A DNA stretch of 64,000 nt, from positions 313,067-377,066 of the forward strand of contig MU004233.1 of assembly GCA_010405405.1 (NCBI GenBank). Direction: 5' to 3'. The notes under the pieces were generated by a model. That model did not search any database. It worked only from the letters and a program-made list of their open reading frames with translations, and was not told the origin of the DNA. Positions 51,546 through 64,000 of this stretch are shown piece by piece; positions within the stretch are counted from its first letter, which is position 1, and each line of letters starts with the position of its first letter. Made by a program: the position numbers and the translations under genes. Source of the stretch: Microthyrium microscopicum. Its lineage: Eukaryota.

Positions 51546-53801
51546 ATGAGTGGAACAAATGAATGTCCGAGCAATTCAAACAACTTTACAGAATCCCGAA
51601 TGGATCTTCTCTGTCTCAAGTGCAGAGGCGTTGGCCATGGAGCAGCAACCTGTAAGGTCTCTTCCTGGCCACGCAACGAGTTTGCGTGGTTCTTCTCAGA
51701 AAAGCGCAAGGCGATGGACTTTTCGGATAATAGCAGCGAACTATGCCAGAGCTTGTGCAAACGATGCCACGAACTCGGCATTTTAGAGCTCTTCAAAGCA
51801 GATCTACCATGGAAAACAACATCAGAGTTGAACAAACTAGCATCAGCAGAAAATCCACCTTTCAGAGTACTTGGTCAAGCCGGGTCAATCGAGTTTCGAG
51901 ATAACTGCCCATTGTGTCGCTGCTTGTTTGCGTTGACACCCAACCCGAGCTCTTCGACACAGCGCATCATGATGCTTCTGGATTGGAATATGAACCGACT
52001 TGCGGGCGAAACTGATTTGGTTACAGACATGTCTGGATGGGATCAGTTTTCAAAATGCCTCCTGATTACACTCGCTGACAGTTTGGAGAGTAGTAATCTG
52101 GAATTTTCGGCAAGACTTCATCGAGGAGATGCTCTTACCCTGCTAGCCGAACATGAGCCTGATAGAGTGCTAGGCGGTAGAATGCTGGACCCTCACCAAT
52201 TAGGCTTCCAAATCATTGAGGATTGGCTGGCATCGTGCTATAAATATCATGGCGGAAATTGTGATTCCTTCTGGACCGAGGAACTGCTTGAGATCAAACT
52301 TGTGGATGTAGAAACTAGGAAGATCGTACAAGCACCTATAAAACGCTTCGACTATCTTGCTCTGAGCTACGTGTGGGGCGGCGTACGTCCGAAAAGCTAT
52401 CAAGTTGGATCACAACTAGAGCCAGGCGAATTGTCGCAAACGATCAAAGACGCTATGAAGATGACGAAGGACCTACAGCAACGTTATCTTTGGGTCGATG
52501 CTTTATGTATAGACCAAGCCGATAATAAGGATAAGGCACAGCAGATTGAGAGGATGGGAAACATCTATCGTGGTGCAACTTTCACTATTGTCGCACTTTC
52601 AGGGACATCTGCCAATAGCGGCCTTCCACGGCTGAATGGTCATGGAAAAATGCATCCTCAAATTTCGTGTCATGTAGAAGGACAACGTCTGGTCGGTTTA
52701 ATGCCTACCCTTTCTCAACAAATTTGGAGATCTTCCTGGGGTACGCGGGCGTGGACACTGCAAGAAGGCCTCCTATCACCTCGTTGCGTCTTTGTTGGAG
52801 AGCACCAACTATATTTTGAGTGTAATGGCATACAATCTTGCGAATCTCTGGATGAAAGCCTTTCATGGGCTCACCAGCTTCAGCTAGCTCCAGGAAGGTC
52901 TTCTCTCCAGAACGAGTGGCTAGGCTCCAAGACCGGAGCAGGCTGTTTAAAAACACCAATTGAGAGTCCTACAGAATCAACATCCCATCGAATCAATCAT
53001 TACGGGGCTAAAGTGGTCCTGTATAGCTACCGATCGATGACAAACGATGCTGACGGCCTGAATGCATTTTCTGCTATTCTTCAGCACCTAGAAACAATGT
53101 ATACGAAGGGGTTCTATGAGGGATTGCCTATCGAGGACTTCCAGTGGGGTCTTCTTTGGCGTTCTCAGTGGCCTCCGAGTCGTCGAGAAGGTTTTCCTAC
53201 CTGGACATGGGCTGGCTGGAAAGGAGGTTTATGGACGACGTACCCGTTCGATATCACCAAACCCCATGAGCATCCGGTTCATCTACGTATAGATAAGGTT
53301 AGCAATGGCTCGTTCTACCCCGTGTTCTCATCGACACAGGCACACTCCTTGCCCAATGACCCCGTCCTAGCGGCGTCGCTGCTCCAACCTTGTGAGCCAG
53401 CATTCGACATACATCGCAACTCTGACGCAGAAAAAAATAGACACCTATTCATTGAGGCGATAACGTTCGACTTTATCCCTGATTACAGTAGACCAATCCG
53501 CAATCCCCAAAGTAGTGGGCAGTACGCTATATTCCAATATCAAATTGGCAATGCACGCGGCTTTCTAAGAATCATGAGCCTCGACCCAGAAATCACCAGA
53601 GGCACAAGCAGCGATAAACAGCGTTTCCTTCTCCTGGCACGGGATTGCAGTAATGGTTTAGTTTTCCACCACCTTCTTCAGATCCGGGAGCAGGGTGGAC
53701 TGGCAGTGCGGACGACAGTGCTTGAACTGATTATTCCGCAGGACTCACTGGGCGCTTTGGCTGAGCTGCATCCTCAGAAGAGGCGGATAGTGCTCATGTA
53801 G
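51546..53801 (+). CDS. Heterokaryon-incompatibility (HET domain, TOL-like) protein with N-terminal CCHC zinc knuckle
   Basis: 751 aa with HET motifs YLALSYVWG, YLWVDALCIDQ, MGNIY, RAWTLQE and the downstream FPTWTWAGW. N-terminal CLKCRGVGHGAATC is Cx2Cx4Hx4C. Confidence 0.92.
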   Translation: MSGTNECPSNSNNFTESRMDLLCLKCRGVGHGAATCKVSSWPRNEFAWFFSEKRKAMDFSDNSSELCQSLCKRCHELGILELFKADLPWKTTSELNKLASAENPPFRVLGQAGSIEFRDNCPLCRCLFALTPNPSSSTQRIMMLLDWNMNRLAGETDLVTDMSGWDQFSKCLLITLADSLESSNLEFSARLHRGDALTLLAEHEPDRVLGGRMLDPHQLGFQIIEDWLASCYKYHGGNCDSFWTEELLEIKLVDVETRKIVQAPIKRFDYLALSYVWGGVRPKSYQVGSQLEPGELSQTIKDAMKMTKDLQQRYLWVDALCIDQADNKDKAQQIERMGNIYRGATFTIVALSGTSANSGLPRLNGHGKMHPQISCHVEGQRLVGLMPTLSQQIWRSSWGTRAWTLQEGLLSPRCVFVGEHQLYFECNGIQSCESLDESLSWAHQLQLAPGRSSLQNEWLGSKTGAGCLKTPIESPTESTSHRINHYGAKVVLYSYRSMTNDADGLNAFSAILQHLETMYTKGFYEGLPIEDFQWGLLWRSQWPPSRREGFPTWTWAGWKGGLWTTYPFDITKPHEHPVHLRIDKVSNGSFYPVFSSTQAHSLPNDPVLAASLLQPCEPAFDIHRNSDAEKNRHLFIEAITFDFIPDYSRPIRNPQSSGQYAIFQYQIGNARGFLRIMSLDPEITRGTSSDKQRFLLLARDCSNGLVFHHLLQIREQGGLAVRTTVLELIIPQDSLGALAELHPQKRRIVLM

Positions 53802-56039
53802 CTTGACGATAGTTCTCGTGTATCTCAAACAGGCGAGCACGCACCGACAAAGTCGCGGAGAAGGCTGGTTGGAGTGCCAGATCGGAACGAGAGTTGATGT
53901 TGGCTGATAACGATAGGATTCCAGATATCTAGATGTCAAAGAACTGTTTCAACGAGGTGAAGTGGGAATAGTACCTAAAATGAGCATCAGATATTTGAGA
54001 GGGACCTCACAAACCCGGTGATCAAAACATCTAAAAGCAGACGCACCGAATTATCCAGCGGATGGGCGCAAATCGCTCAATGGAACATCTAACGAAGCGC
54101 AGCAAGATGACTAACAAGTTCAATCAAGAAGGGCCACGAAAACGCGCCGGGACTGAGAGCTCTCAAAGCACATTGTAGAAAATACGAAGCGATACGAAAG
54201 CAAGCGCATGAAAAGCAGCGAAACAACCCGAAGCAAAATTGCAACAAGGATTCCCATCACCAAAGAACACCAAAAAAGCTTCCAGAAAACAATCACGGGC
54301 CGCAGATCGACAAGTTTGTGGAGAAAGCTAAATTCTAAAAACAGCAAGGCAGCTGGTGGACTTGGCATTTGTATGACGGCTTGGCAGGTCCCAAATATTC
54401 GGTTGGTCCTTCCGCTTTATGGAGCGTGATAGACAATCTGCCTTGCGCTACGAGGGATGTTGTAGGATCGTTGTTGGTTGTATTACTTTATGGAAAGATT
54501 AAGCACGGCGATGTCAAGTGGCTGTTCGGTCAAAGATGTAGGATCAGGTATTTGTTGTATGGCGGTGCAATGACAATAAACCAGTGGAGAGTTGATGTTG
54601 GCTTGGTTGGTGATTTAGGCGCTCTAGCTGAGAATTCCTCGGTCAGATTTCCAGTAGTTGCGCCTCATTCAGTTCTGGTTGTTGGCTATAGTTGTGTGGC
54701 ACATGAAGTTGAGATATGGTAGACTTTACAACGATTTGATTGAAAATGACCAAAGACGGTTCTTGGTGTTTCCAAGGTTCATCGCGTAGCAACAAGTGCA
54801 TTTTGGAATGCATCATGATATGAGATAAATTCGGGCGTTGTGATTGGCTGATTGGATGGGTCGCGATCTGCCTTGGGAAAGGCCAAGAGGCAAACCTCCA
54901 GTGTTGAGACATTTTGCCCCATAACATGTACCGTAAATCGTATTAGTCTAGCCGACAGACCCGAAAAGAGCTAGCGATCTATATTTGGGTCCACAACCTA
55001 TGTTACTTGTTACTCCTGGAGCTTGAACGATCGCATCAATTCATCGAAGGACATAGCATTTGCCCAGTTGGGAGGCTGAAATCAGGCACTGGTGATTCAG
55101 CCTTACTCCTTATTAGGCTGTGGCAACTGGAGTCTGGCGGATCAATAAATGAGCACGGACTCCATAACTTTGAGATGTGAAGTTGGGATGAAGTTGGGAG
55201 GCATGGAAATTTGGAGGCAAAGGTTAAGTGATGATGGGTAGACTTGAAAGGAACGAGTGGAAACGGTTCCTGCTCCAGATATCATTGCGTGGCTTTAACC
55301 GTGTTTCGACATGGCAGGTGATATGAACAAACAACCAGGCTACTCTTTTGCTGTATCAGGCAAGGCAGAATGCAGGGTGTGGGTCGCATTAGCCAATTGT
55401 ACGAGTGCATCATCTGCAGGTCAATGTCAATGATGGATACAACGGCGCGGTTGCTAGACGGTCCTTTTGAGTTATTCCTAGTCGCAAAATAACAATACGA
55501 TGTCTACCATCAGCATCGTGTAAAGAAAGGATGCTTTATTTCCCGGCGCATTCGATAATATCTTGGGGATGTTGCGCGTTCGATGGGGGGTAAGGCACTT
55601 GATCAAACAACGTACTCGATGGGAGCCATCACACTCGATAAAAAGCGCAGTAGATGGGGGACATGGCATTCGATGGGATTGTGGTAGATTTAGTGGAGGC
55701 AGTGAGAAACGTTCTTACTCGCTCCCCGCAGCAATACGGGAGTGGCACGACTAGCAGACTAGGTAGCAGACTAGCAATACATGAGGCAGTCCCACCACAT
55801 CAAGCTTTATTTAAGGAAGTCGCTCCTCAGCCACTTGTTTGCATTCCTTCATCGTACAAAACATCTCCCTCCCCTCTCTCTCAACTTCTCGACTTCATCC
55901 TTCCTCTCCAAAACCCCAAACAACAACATTTGCCCCACACATCGCAGCTGAGTAGGAGCTAGGACCTCGTCTCACCTCTTACTTCATCCCATCCATCAAA
56001 ACGTCTTCTCATCAAGAGCTTTTACGAGCATCCGGCAGC

Positions 56040-57148
56040 ATGGCCAGCGCATCCACTACCGACCCAAGTGTGTCCAAGGCACCCATCAATGGCAATAATG
56101 GAAACCATAACAACGCTGTTCACGACCAACTCGCGCGCCGCGATTACGTTCAACCATCGTACGCCACCAAAACAGACCCTCATGAAGACGCCGGATCTCA
56201 TGGCTGGTACGGCGGAATGATCAATGGACTTGGTTCCATCATTGGAACCTGTGGAGCCATTCCCTGTTGCGTAGTCTGCCCCAACCCATATCGTCCAGTA
56301 CAGCAAGGTGCCGTGGGCCTCATCACTAAATTCGGTCGTTTCTCGCGAGCTGTAGATCCCGGTCTCATCAAGGTAGGCTTCCCATTGCGGTAACCGCATT
56401 GGACTTGCTAACACTATTATAGATCAACCCCCTCTCCGAGAAGGTCATCATGATCGATGTCAAGATGCAAATCGTCGAAGTCCCACAACAGACCTGCATG
56501 ACCAAAGACAACGTTACCCTACATTTGAGCTCCGTTCTCTACTATCGCATCACATCTCCACACAAGGCCGCCTTTGGCATCGCCGACATCCGCCGCGCCC
56601 TCATCGAGCGTACACAAACAACTCTCCGCCACGTCATTGGTGCTCGCGTTCTCCAAGACGTCATCGAACGTCGTGAGGAGATTGCGCAAGATATCCGTAA
56701 CATTGTTGAAGACGTTGCCGAAGGTTGGGGCGCCGAAGTCGAGTCTATGCTCATCCGCGACATTGTCTTCAGCTCTGAACTCCAAGAATCACTCTCCATG
56801 GCTGCACAGGCCAAGCGATCTGGTGAGGCAAAGGTCATTGCGGCCCGCGCCGAAGTCGAGAGCGCCAAATTGATGCGTCAAGCCGCTGATATTCTGAGCT
56901 CGGCACCCGCTATGCAAATCCGCTATCTTGAAGCGATGCAAGCCATGGCACGCAGTGCCAACAGCAAGGTCATTTTCTTGCCAGCCACCAACCAGACGGT
57001 TCAAGCACAGTTGTCCGACATTGCGAACAATAATGGGCAGCCACTGTCACAGCCTGGTTCAAGTAGCAGTCCTCCAGGCAATGAATATGGAAGTCAAGAC
57101 GCAGGATTTCAGTCAGCTATCAACTCTCACATCATTGAGCACATGTAA
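56040..57148 (+). CDS. Stomatin / SPFH (band 7) family protein, 2 exons
   Basis: CGAIPCCVVCPNPY, TKDNV, AESAKLMRQAADILSSAPAMQIRYLEAM-type C-terminus. Intron 56373-56422 joins the two ORFs in frame. Confidence 0.93.
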
Positions 57149-58076
57149 ATCTGGTCAAACAAATTGATTGCTGAAAATTCGAAAATTCGACATTCACTCG
57201 GGAGGATTATCAACGGAACGATCCGGATTTCAGAATTCCTACTGTATATTGCTTGGTCCATTACTTCTTAGGCGTTTTGGAAGGGACAAAGATACCCAAT
57301 TCTCTCGCTGACTTAGTCTTTCTTATTAGTTAGTAATGCCTAGTATGATAATTAATGGAAAATAATGGCTCTAATTGTTTGGTCCTTAAAAAGGTCACTC
57401 CGGATCAACAACGTGCAAAAATTAGTACGCTTCCATCAACTGCGATCTCCACAATTATTCCATGCAAAATATGCTACGTCCTGCTTTCCATCGTGGCCGG
57501 TCGATGGTACCACTCGGTGCGCACTTAGTAGATTGAATCTTTCACCTCGAGAACCGTGGGTCAAACTGTTTCAACCTCTAGATACTTCATGCCTGCTTTC
57601 CAGCCAGCAACTCAGACAATGCCGCACATCGTTCGGAAATGGAATTTCCTCTCCAATTCCAAGAGCCAACATGGCAAACTATATTTTGTTTCGCAACATG
57701 TCAGTTCTGTGAAATCAGTTTCCTACCTACCAAGTAACGAGTGGCCAAAAAAGAGCAAAAAGATTGTCCTGCTGTCATTTGTTAGTTTTCCCAATCCATG
57801 ATATACATTTATTTTGCTCATGTTTTTCCCACGTGTAGGTAAAGCTCTATTTTAAGGACCTATACATAAGGGAAATGAATATTATTACAAAGGAGCCTCG
57901 CTCGGAGGCCATAATAAGGACGGCCAAAATTAAAGCAAATGGGTATATAGCATCATCATAACCCGCCACTCGTGAGTAGTCTTTGAGTACTCGAGTCGAT
58001 CGCAAAATACGAACTGAACTTCTATTCTTGACTTGTAATCGTTGAGGCTAGGTATCGAGTGAAAGCGAAGTCGTGA

Positions 58077-58484
58077 TTATACTAGCTCCTCAAGGTTGAA
58101 CGCTTGACCTGTTTATATAAGAGTCAGTAACTGACACAGAGAATGAAGAATGTCGTCCTACCTTGTGGATTGGGAGTAGAAGTCAGATCAGGTTGTGGTG
58201 CAAAGTTGAAGTGTCCTGTAACAGTTCTCTCAACATAGACCCAATGGGTCGACCTCGAAGCTTGATCCTGTTGGGTGAACTGATCTGCTCTGAGGGCTCT
58301 AGTGGTGTAGGCTGTAGAAACAAGTCAGACGTTACCAAACATAGCAATTTTTAAGCCTACTCGGGGGTGCAATTGGTGTTGCTGATGATCCAACACGACG
58401 TTGTATGACTTTCCAGATCACCAGTATAGAGGGAGGACAAGTGACGACCAGCGTCACGATTGCAATGAGTGATTCGAGTTGCAT
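58077..58484 (-). CDS. Small (101 aa) single-pass membrane protein with PPxY motif, 3 exons
   Basis: Exons 58484-58361, 58311-58162 and 58108-58077. Both introns are GTAGG...CTGAC...CAG (49 and 53 bp). The spliced frame is open: MQLESLIAIVTLVVTCPPSILVIWKVIQRR...APPTY...NLEELV. Confidence 0.72.
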
Positions 58485-59692
58485 TTTTAAGCTTACTTGG
58501 AGAGTTAACTGTATGTGCCATCTTGTTAAGTTAATGGAAGGGGAACACTCGGTTTTATAGTACCTAGCAGGTAAGCTTGCGAATACTGGAATAGGCAGAC
58601 TCATGAAATTGAAAGGCTGAGTGTGTTTGAATTTAGGACGTTGTGAAGCTTTTCCCCAACACTCCCGCGCGGCCAGACAAGTCCAGGTACCACACCGTCG
58701 CCGCGTCGGATAGGGGTGGGGCCTCGCACCCAACAGTTAGAGTTGTGGGAGAAATGCGAATCCGCGCTGCCAGGTAGCTTGACGTGCAGCAGCGGCCGGT
58801 TGATGATTGGGTAATCCTGGCCTGTTCGCCCCTTCACCGACAATACGCGAGTCTCTCATGCCCTTATATTGGTTAGAATACAGAATCCAATGCATTAAGT
58901 TGATCCAGGGTCAAGGTAGCTTTAAGCTGGCAAATGCTTCTAGGCCGACCTTCCACTGGCCGGGTGGTGTTGCTTAGCTATCTGTCCCAGATCCTAGTTT
59001 GGCTAAGCGTGCCTAGTCGTTTTGAACTTCTATACCATGGTGTAGCACGCTGGTGGGTCCTCAGCCTGATCCAAATTCCTTTCCAACTTGACTTTGCTTC
59101 GGCCTTTTTGGAGCATTTCTCTAGATCCACTCCTTTGAGCAGTACCTAGCAGCAGAACTGAGTCTGACTATAGACGAGATTACCCAGCCCATCTCATCTC
59201 CTATTTAGTAGGTACCTTATATAAGACTGACCTGACTAGGTGTCATAGAGGTATAGTCATGACGAACCGATGACACGATAATGCTCAAAAAATACACGAT
59301 GAGACACATTCATGGCCTCTCCATCTACAAAAGAATTTGGCATGTCGATAAAATTCCATGATAGAAGATCAGTATATGATACATATGATAGCGTTGCAAT
59401 TTGCCAAAGAAGGAGGCCATGTAGTAGTAATTTATATCTTACAGGATGCTATTCGGGACAAAATTTAGGGGATCGAAAGTGTGTCGTCAACGAAATGGGC
59501 ATCCAATACATGCTTTGTTTTGAGCATCGACGAACCCAAGTTTCTCGGATTTAAAGATACTTCTCAGCGCCCAACAGCAGGTGGAGAGCCAAAGAAGCTA
59601 ATATTTCACTGTTAACCATGAGAATTTCGAATATCGAACAGAAGTGGTGTAAAGGCAGCAGTTTCTGTAAATTAGCTGGGACATAAAAACTG

Positions 59693-61480
59693 TTACAATC
59701 CTATCAGCGGACAAAGCCTATCATACTCTGGCACACTACCAAAGCTAGGAGTAGACTGGTTTTGATACCCCAATCGCACCAAGGTCGTTCCTATTAGTGT
59801 TAGTAACCTTCAGCAGAGAGTCCAGGGTGGCTAACCTTTATTATCATATAACGGCCACCCAAGACCCACCAACCCCTTCTCCGAATCCTTCGCAAAAGTG
59901 GCCCAAGCAGTCATAACATTTTTCACAAACTTCTCTTCCTCCGGCGTATTCTTTCCCTGTTTATCATTCCTCTCCACTGTTCCAAACACAATCGGGCAAT
60001 CAATAGAATGATATGCTCCAATATCAGGATAGATAGCCTGGTTTGGCCAGGTACCCATCCAGAGATATCGCCAAGCTGGAATTCCTTGCGCGCGACGGGC
60101 ACTGACAGCACTGCTGGATGCGCAGCCGATTGAGGAGTCGATGAGTGGCATTAGGCTGCTGAGGATGCTGCCAAAGGTCCCGTTGGAGTAGCGGTAGGAG
60201 TTGACATATTTGATGAGTTCTTCGGCGTAGGCTCCGGGAATGCCACCGTTCTTTTTGACGCCGCGGAGGGTTCCTAGGCCAAGTCCAGTTAGGAGACCAG
60301 CTTCGTGGTCGGTGTTCCCGGCAATGAATGGCTGAAGATCAATCAGTAAATCTCTGTGACTGGAACTTGATTTCTTACCCTCTTTATGAAGTTTCCAGCC
60401 TTCCTTCTCACCGCATAGTCATTGAAGACAACCTTGTTATCAACAGTTGGTCCAAAGAACGTAAGCGCCATCGGACCAGCGGCGCTTGTTAGAGCTTTCT
60501 GTATATCAAGAGCTGGCAGATCTCTCATACAGTCCACGGTTCTGAGTCCATTTGGCTTTCCACCACAGCCAGCTTTCTCTGTCAGCGTCCACCAGTTTGG
60601 ATTATTAGCCGGAGTCACAGGTATAGCACCAGTGACACCAGATTGGGCGATAAAGCTGTTGATAATTGGATCCTTCGTCCAAGCATACGTATAATAGTCA
60701 ACTGAAGCGCCTCCAGCCGATTCTCCAAACAGCGTCATCCGCTTGGGGTCACCGCCAAATTTGGCGATGTTGTCGCGAAGCCACTCAATGGCTAACCTCT
60801 GGTCGAGTAATCCGAGGTTGACGTCCTGAAGGCCTGGCGCAGCTGGGAAGCCGAAGACATTGAGACGATAACTACTTCCATCAGCAGAGTACCTCAAGAC
60901 GCATGATTTGACCATACTTAATACTCGCAACAATAACATCCTGCTCAGCAGCAAACCTCGCCCCATTATAAAACGGTGCCGCCGTATCCCCCGCTCCAAA
61001 AGCTACCACACATCAGCTCACATCCCCTATCACACTCGCAACAAACTCACCACCGCCATAGATCCAAACCAAAACCGCCTTACTCTTCTCACCACCTTCC
61101 GGCTTCGTCCAAATATTCAACGTCAGACAATCCTCACTATAATTCCTACCCTTCACTCCGCCCATACCCTCGCCATATCCAAGCACACCAAAATCCGTCC
61201 CCTCCGTATTCGCAGAGTTCGGATCTAAGCCTTGAATGCATCCCGCGCCAAAATCAGTACCAGCGATGGGGCCCTTGCCTTTAAACGGTTGAGGAGCCGC
61301 AAAGCGCAATTTGCCGATGGGTGGCTCAGCGTATGGAATGCCGAGATATTCAGATACATTCGAAGATGCCGGCCAGGGAGCGAGGCGGCCTTTCACGGTG
61401 CCGACTGTGGTTTCGACAGTTGCTTGTGCCGCTGCCAGGAATGGCGCAACCGAGAGCGCTGCTAACAGATGGAGCAGCAT
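59693..61480 (-). CDS. Secreted type-B carboxylesterase/lipase, 5 exons
   Basis: Signal peptide, YLGIPYA, SEDCLTLNIW, NYRLNVFGF, GESAG (Ser), GNTDHEAG (Glu), GAYH (His). Introns 61003-61050, 60872-60917, 60332-60378 and 59791-59835. Confidence 0.93.
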
Positions 61481-62518
61481 TATTGGGGCTGTTGAAAACT
61501 TTTGGTGACGGAGATTCCAAAATAGGAACGAGGTACCACGATCTGTAAATACATGGTAATGCGTCTATTCATCTATAGCCAGGGCTATGTGGTGCGACGA
61601 ATGCGAAATTGAAGTAATCTATTGCAACGACAGCTTGCGCCTAGTTCTTATAGCTTATAGTGCTGAAGTGCGCACAAAAAGCCTATTAGTGTTTAGTCCA
61701 CCTACTTTGCTGTTGAGCCTCATTCTTTTGGGGTTAAAAGTCATATATCTGCGACTCCATGGAAAGACCTTGATAGGATAGGTCGAGTATTCGAAAGACT
61801 ATGCTGACTCATCGCACATTTCGACCGTCAGTGTAGTGCATATTGAACTCGCAGTCAAAAGTATTTCCTTCCATATCGAAAAGGATACACTTCTCATTGT
61901 GCTGGTGGTGACTTCGTGACGGAGCTTCCAGTGGTCAATTCGCAGCCGCTCGCCATTCCGGCGCGGTACATATTAATCTCCTTCACCAGCGAGAAGTCGC
62001 AAGGTCAAATAGACCTTTTTGATAATCTGCAACAATCGGAGAAGTAAAGAAAGCAAAAAAGGAGGTTAGAAAAAGTCACCATTTACAAACACCAACTAGC
62101 AGGGATGGCACCAACCAACAAGGCTGAGATCGACAGTGGAAAAAGTTGGCACAAGGCTGACATCTGATAGCGCCACAAAGATCAGCTGCAAAGCCTGCAA
62201 AACGTCATTTACACGTGCACGTTCGCAAACGATCTGCCAATCTATCAAGATAAACAACAAATTTTATTGCTTCGCACATCGTGATAACTGCATTCAAGTA
62301 GCTAAAAAGAGAAAAAGTCTAATATTCGTATAGTGTTACCTGTAGAACCCGGCCCGGAAAGAAGAATTGATGAACGCGCACTGATGATAGCTCTGAAACG
62401 ACATGCTGAAGCTGTAGAAGGGTGCATAATCAAATCGCTGATATCCTTCAGAATAAACTCCATCCTCATAGCCATAACTGGCGATAAGAAGCCTCCTTAT
62501 CCAACAATTGTAGGTAGT

Positions 62519-63201
62519 TTACTTCTTTTGGACCTTCTCCTCTGTCTTCTTTTGCACACCAACGAGCCAGTCGGTACCGTATTGCATCACCGAGTAAATG
62601 ACGCGGAGTTCAGTGTCGATAGCAGCTCTGGCACGACCAATAGTCTTGCCGTATCCTTGTTTTTCGTACTTGGAGTATTCTTCGTTGTACATTGAGAACA
62701 TTTTGCCCTTGCCTTCGCCGTAGAGCTTGAATGGGTATCCGGCAACGTCGGAAGCTTTCTCCTTTAGGGTGGCGGTGTCGTCCTTGACGATGGGGAACTT
62801 GGATTCGAGGGTGGAGAGGCCAGAGTCTCCGAGTGAGTCGGCTTTGGCGACGTATGGAGACACGTAGCTGATGGGAGTTTGGAGGTATGGTGCAACTGGC
62901 TTGTAGAGAAGGTTATCAATTCGGATGTAGGCACCGTTGAGGAAGTCGAGAGATTTTGCGCCATATGGGTTGGACTTGTATGTTTTGATTGTGTCATTGA
63001 CCACGGGGAATGAGGTCAAATGCTATGCTCCTGTTAGTATGTTGAATTCCTCCTGAAGAAGTGGCCGTGACTTACTGAGAGGAATTGAGAGTGAGGCTCT
63101 CCACCATTAGTGGTTGGTGCTGAAGGCATATTGTCTTTTACTTGGTTGACTCCGTTGGTGATTGTATCGGTGACTGTGTCTTTTTCAGCATGTGGTGCCA
63201 T
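62519..63201 (-). CDS. Fungal perilipin (CAP20/MPL1-like lipid-droplet protein), 2 exons
   Basis: MAPHAE..NG..SQFLS | intron 63023-63075 | HLTSFPVVND..YKSNPYGAKSL, PYVAKADSLGDSGL..ESKFPIVK. Confidence 0.85.
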
Positions 63202-64000
63202 TGTGAATTTGAGGTTGTGAAAGAAGTGGGAGAGTGGGGGTTGGTATCTGAGATAAGGCTTAAAACAGAAACAACCAGGGCACAGAGTATAAGAGGGCAA
63301 AGGAGATGTTTTGCAAGATAGAGTTGGATGAATTTGGATAGGCAGATGAGAAGGAGTCAAAGAATGGAGAATCAGGGTAGCAAGGGATTGTGTATGTGAG
63401 AGATAGCGTGTGCAAAGAGTTGGGCGATTTCTGTTACTTTTTGCAATGGAGTCTGGCCGCTAAGTTGACCAGTAACACGGTGGATCTGAATCGCAGGGAG
63501 GCTTGGAGGCGTTCTTTGGTCGACCACGCTTCAGCATGTGAACGAGGGGCCTTTCTGAAGTGTGCTCCAAGCTTGTGCAGCAACCTCAAGATACTGTTCA
63601 ACAATGCTAAGCGCTGGACAGGGAAGATGAATAGATTGTGATGATGGGAAGAAAATAGCTTCGTTTGCAAGCAGTCGTCATACCTTTTGTACCTGCGGAT
63701 TTGGGCATTATTCACAAGAAAATGCTAATTCACCTTGGAGAATCGGCGACTGGTTGGAGAGAAGGATTTTGACAACTGCTTGTTTTCCAATCAAACTGGC
63801 GGGGGATAAGACGTGGGTCGGGACAAAGGGACGAAGAAGGCCTGGGGGTTGTAGAATTAATCAGATATTGAAAAGAGGAGTTGGAGGGATCGAGATACAG
63901 GGTGAGCAAGAAAGTATGATGTTTTAAACAACGGCAGGTGTAAGTCTGCGAGCACATGGCTAGGTCGTAGTTCCCACAATAATAACAGGTTTTGTATCAT

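Noticed and set aside
54120..54927. Short ORFs between the HET and stomatin genes
   Set aside because: No recognisable motifs or consistent splice pattern, and stops in all frames. A decayed gene cannot be excluded.
37819..63957. Numerous 60-170 aa ORFs overlapping or antisense to called genes
   Set aside because: Shadow ORFs with no motifs, explained by the real genes or by chance.
1..64000. rRNA, tRNA, CRISPR arrays, telomere repeats
   Set aside because: None recognised by eye; tRNAscan-SE/Infernal would be needed to exclude small RNA genes.

Overview
Fungal (filamentous ascomycete) genomic DNA in two sharply different parts. Bases 1 to ~37,700 are an extremely AT-rich block of Ty3/Gypsy chromovirus LTR retrotransposons destroyed by RIP (repeat-induced point mutation). 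It resolves into five nested copies from four families, with exact LTRs and 5-bp target-site duplications (TSDs) for three of the insertions: E probably contains A, A contains B (same family, inverted) and C, and C's LTR contains D. Two of the families (A/B and D) appear to carry an extra intron-containing gene on the strand opposite to pol, between pol and the 3' LTR; in D it has a DUF3716-like Cys motif. The three elements whose 5' LTR is visible show a Tf1-type self-priming site instead of a tRNA primer-binding site (PBS). Bases ~37,800-64,000 are normal-GC gene space. They contain a DJ-1/Hsp31 glyoxalase, an alpha/beta hydrolase, a FAD oxidoreductase (frameshifted signal peptide), a Zn2Cys6 transcription factor (TF), a head-to-head pair of DWG-type kinases (one a pseudogene), an RTA1 exporter, a bacterial-like SAM methyltransferase, a CCHC-knuckle/HET-domain protein, a stomatin, a small 3-exon PPxY membrane protein, a type-B carboxylesterase and a CAP20/perilipin. 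All calls were read by eye, and de-RIP translations are inference.
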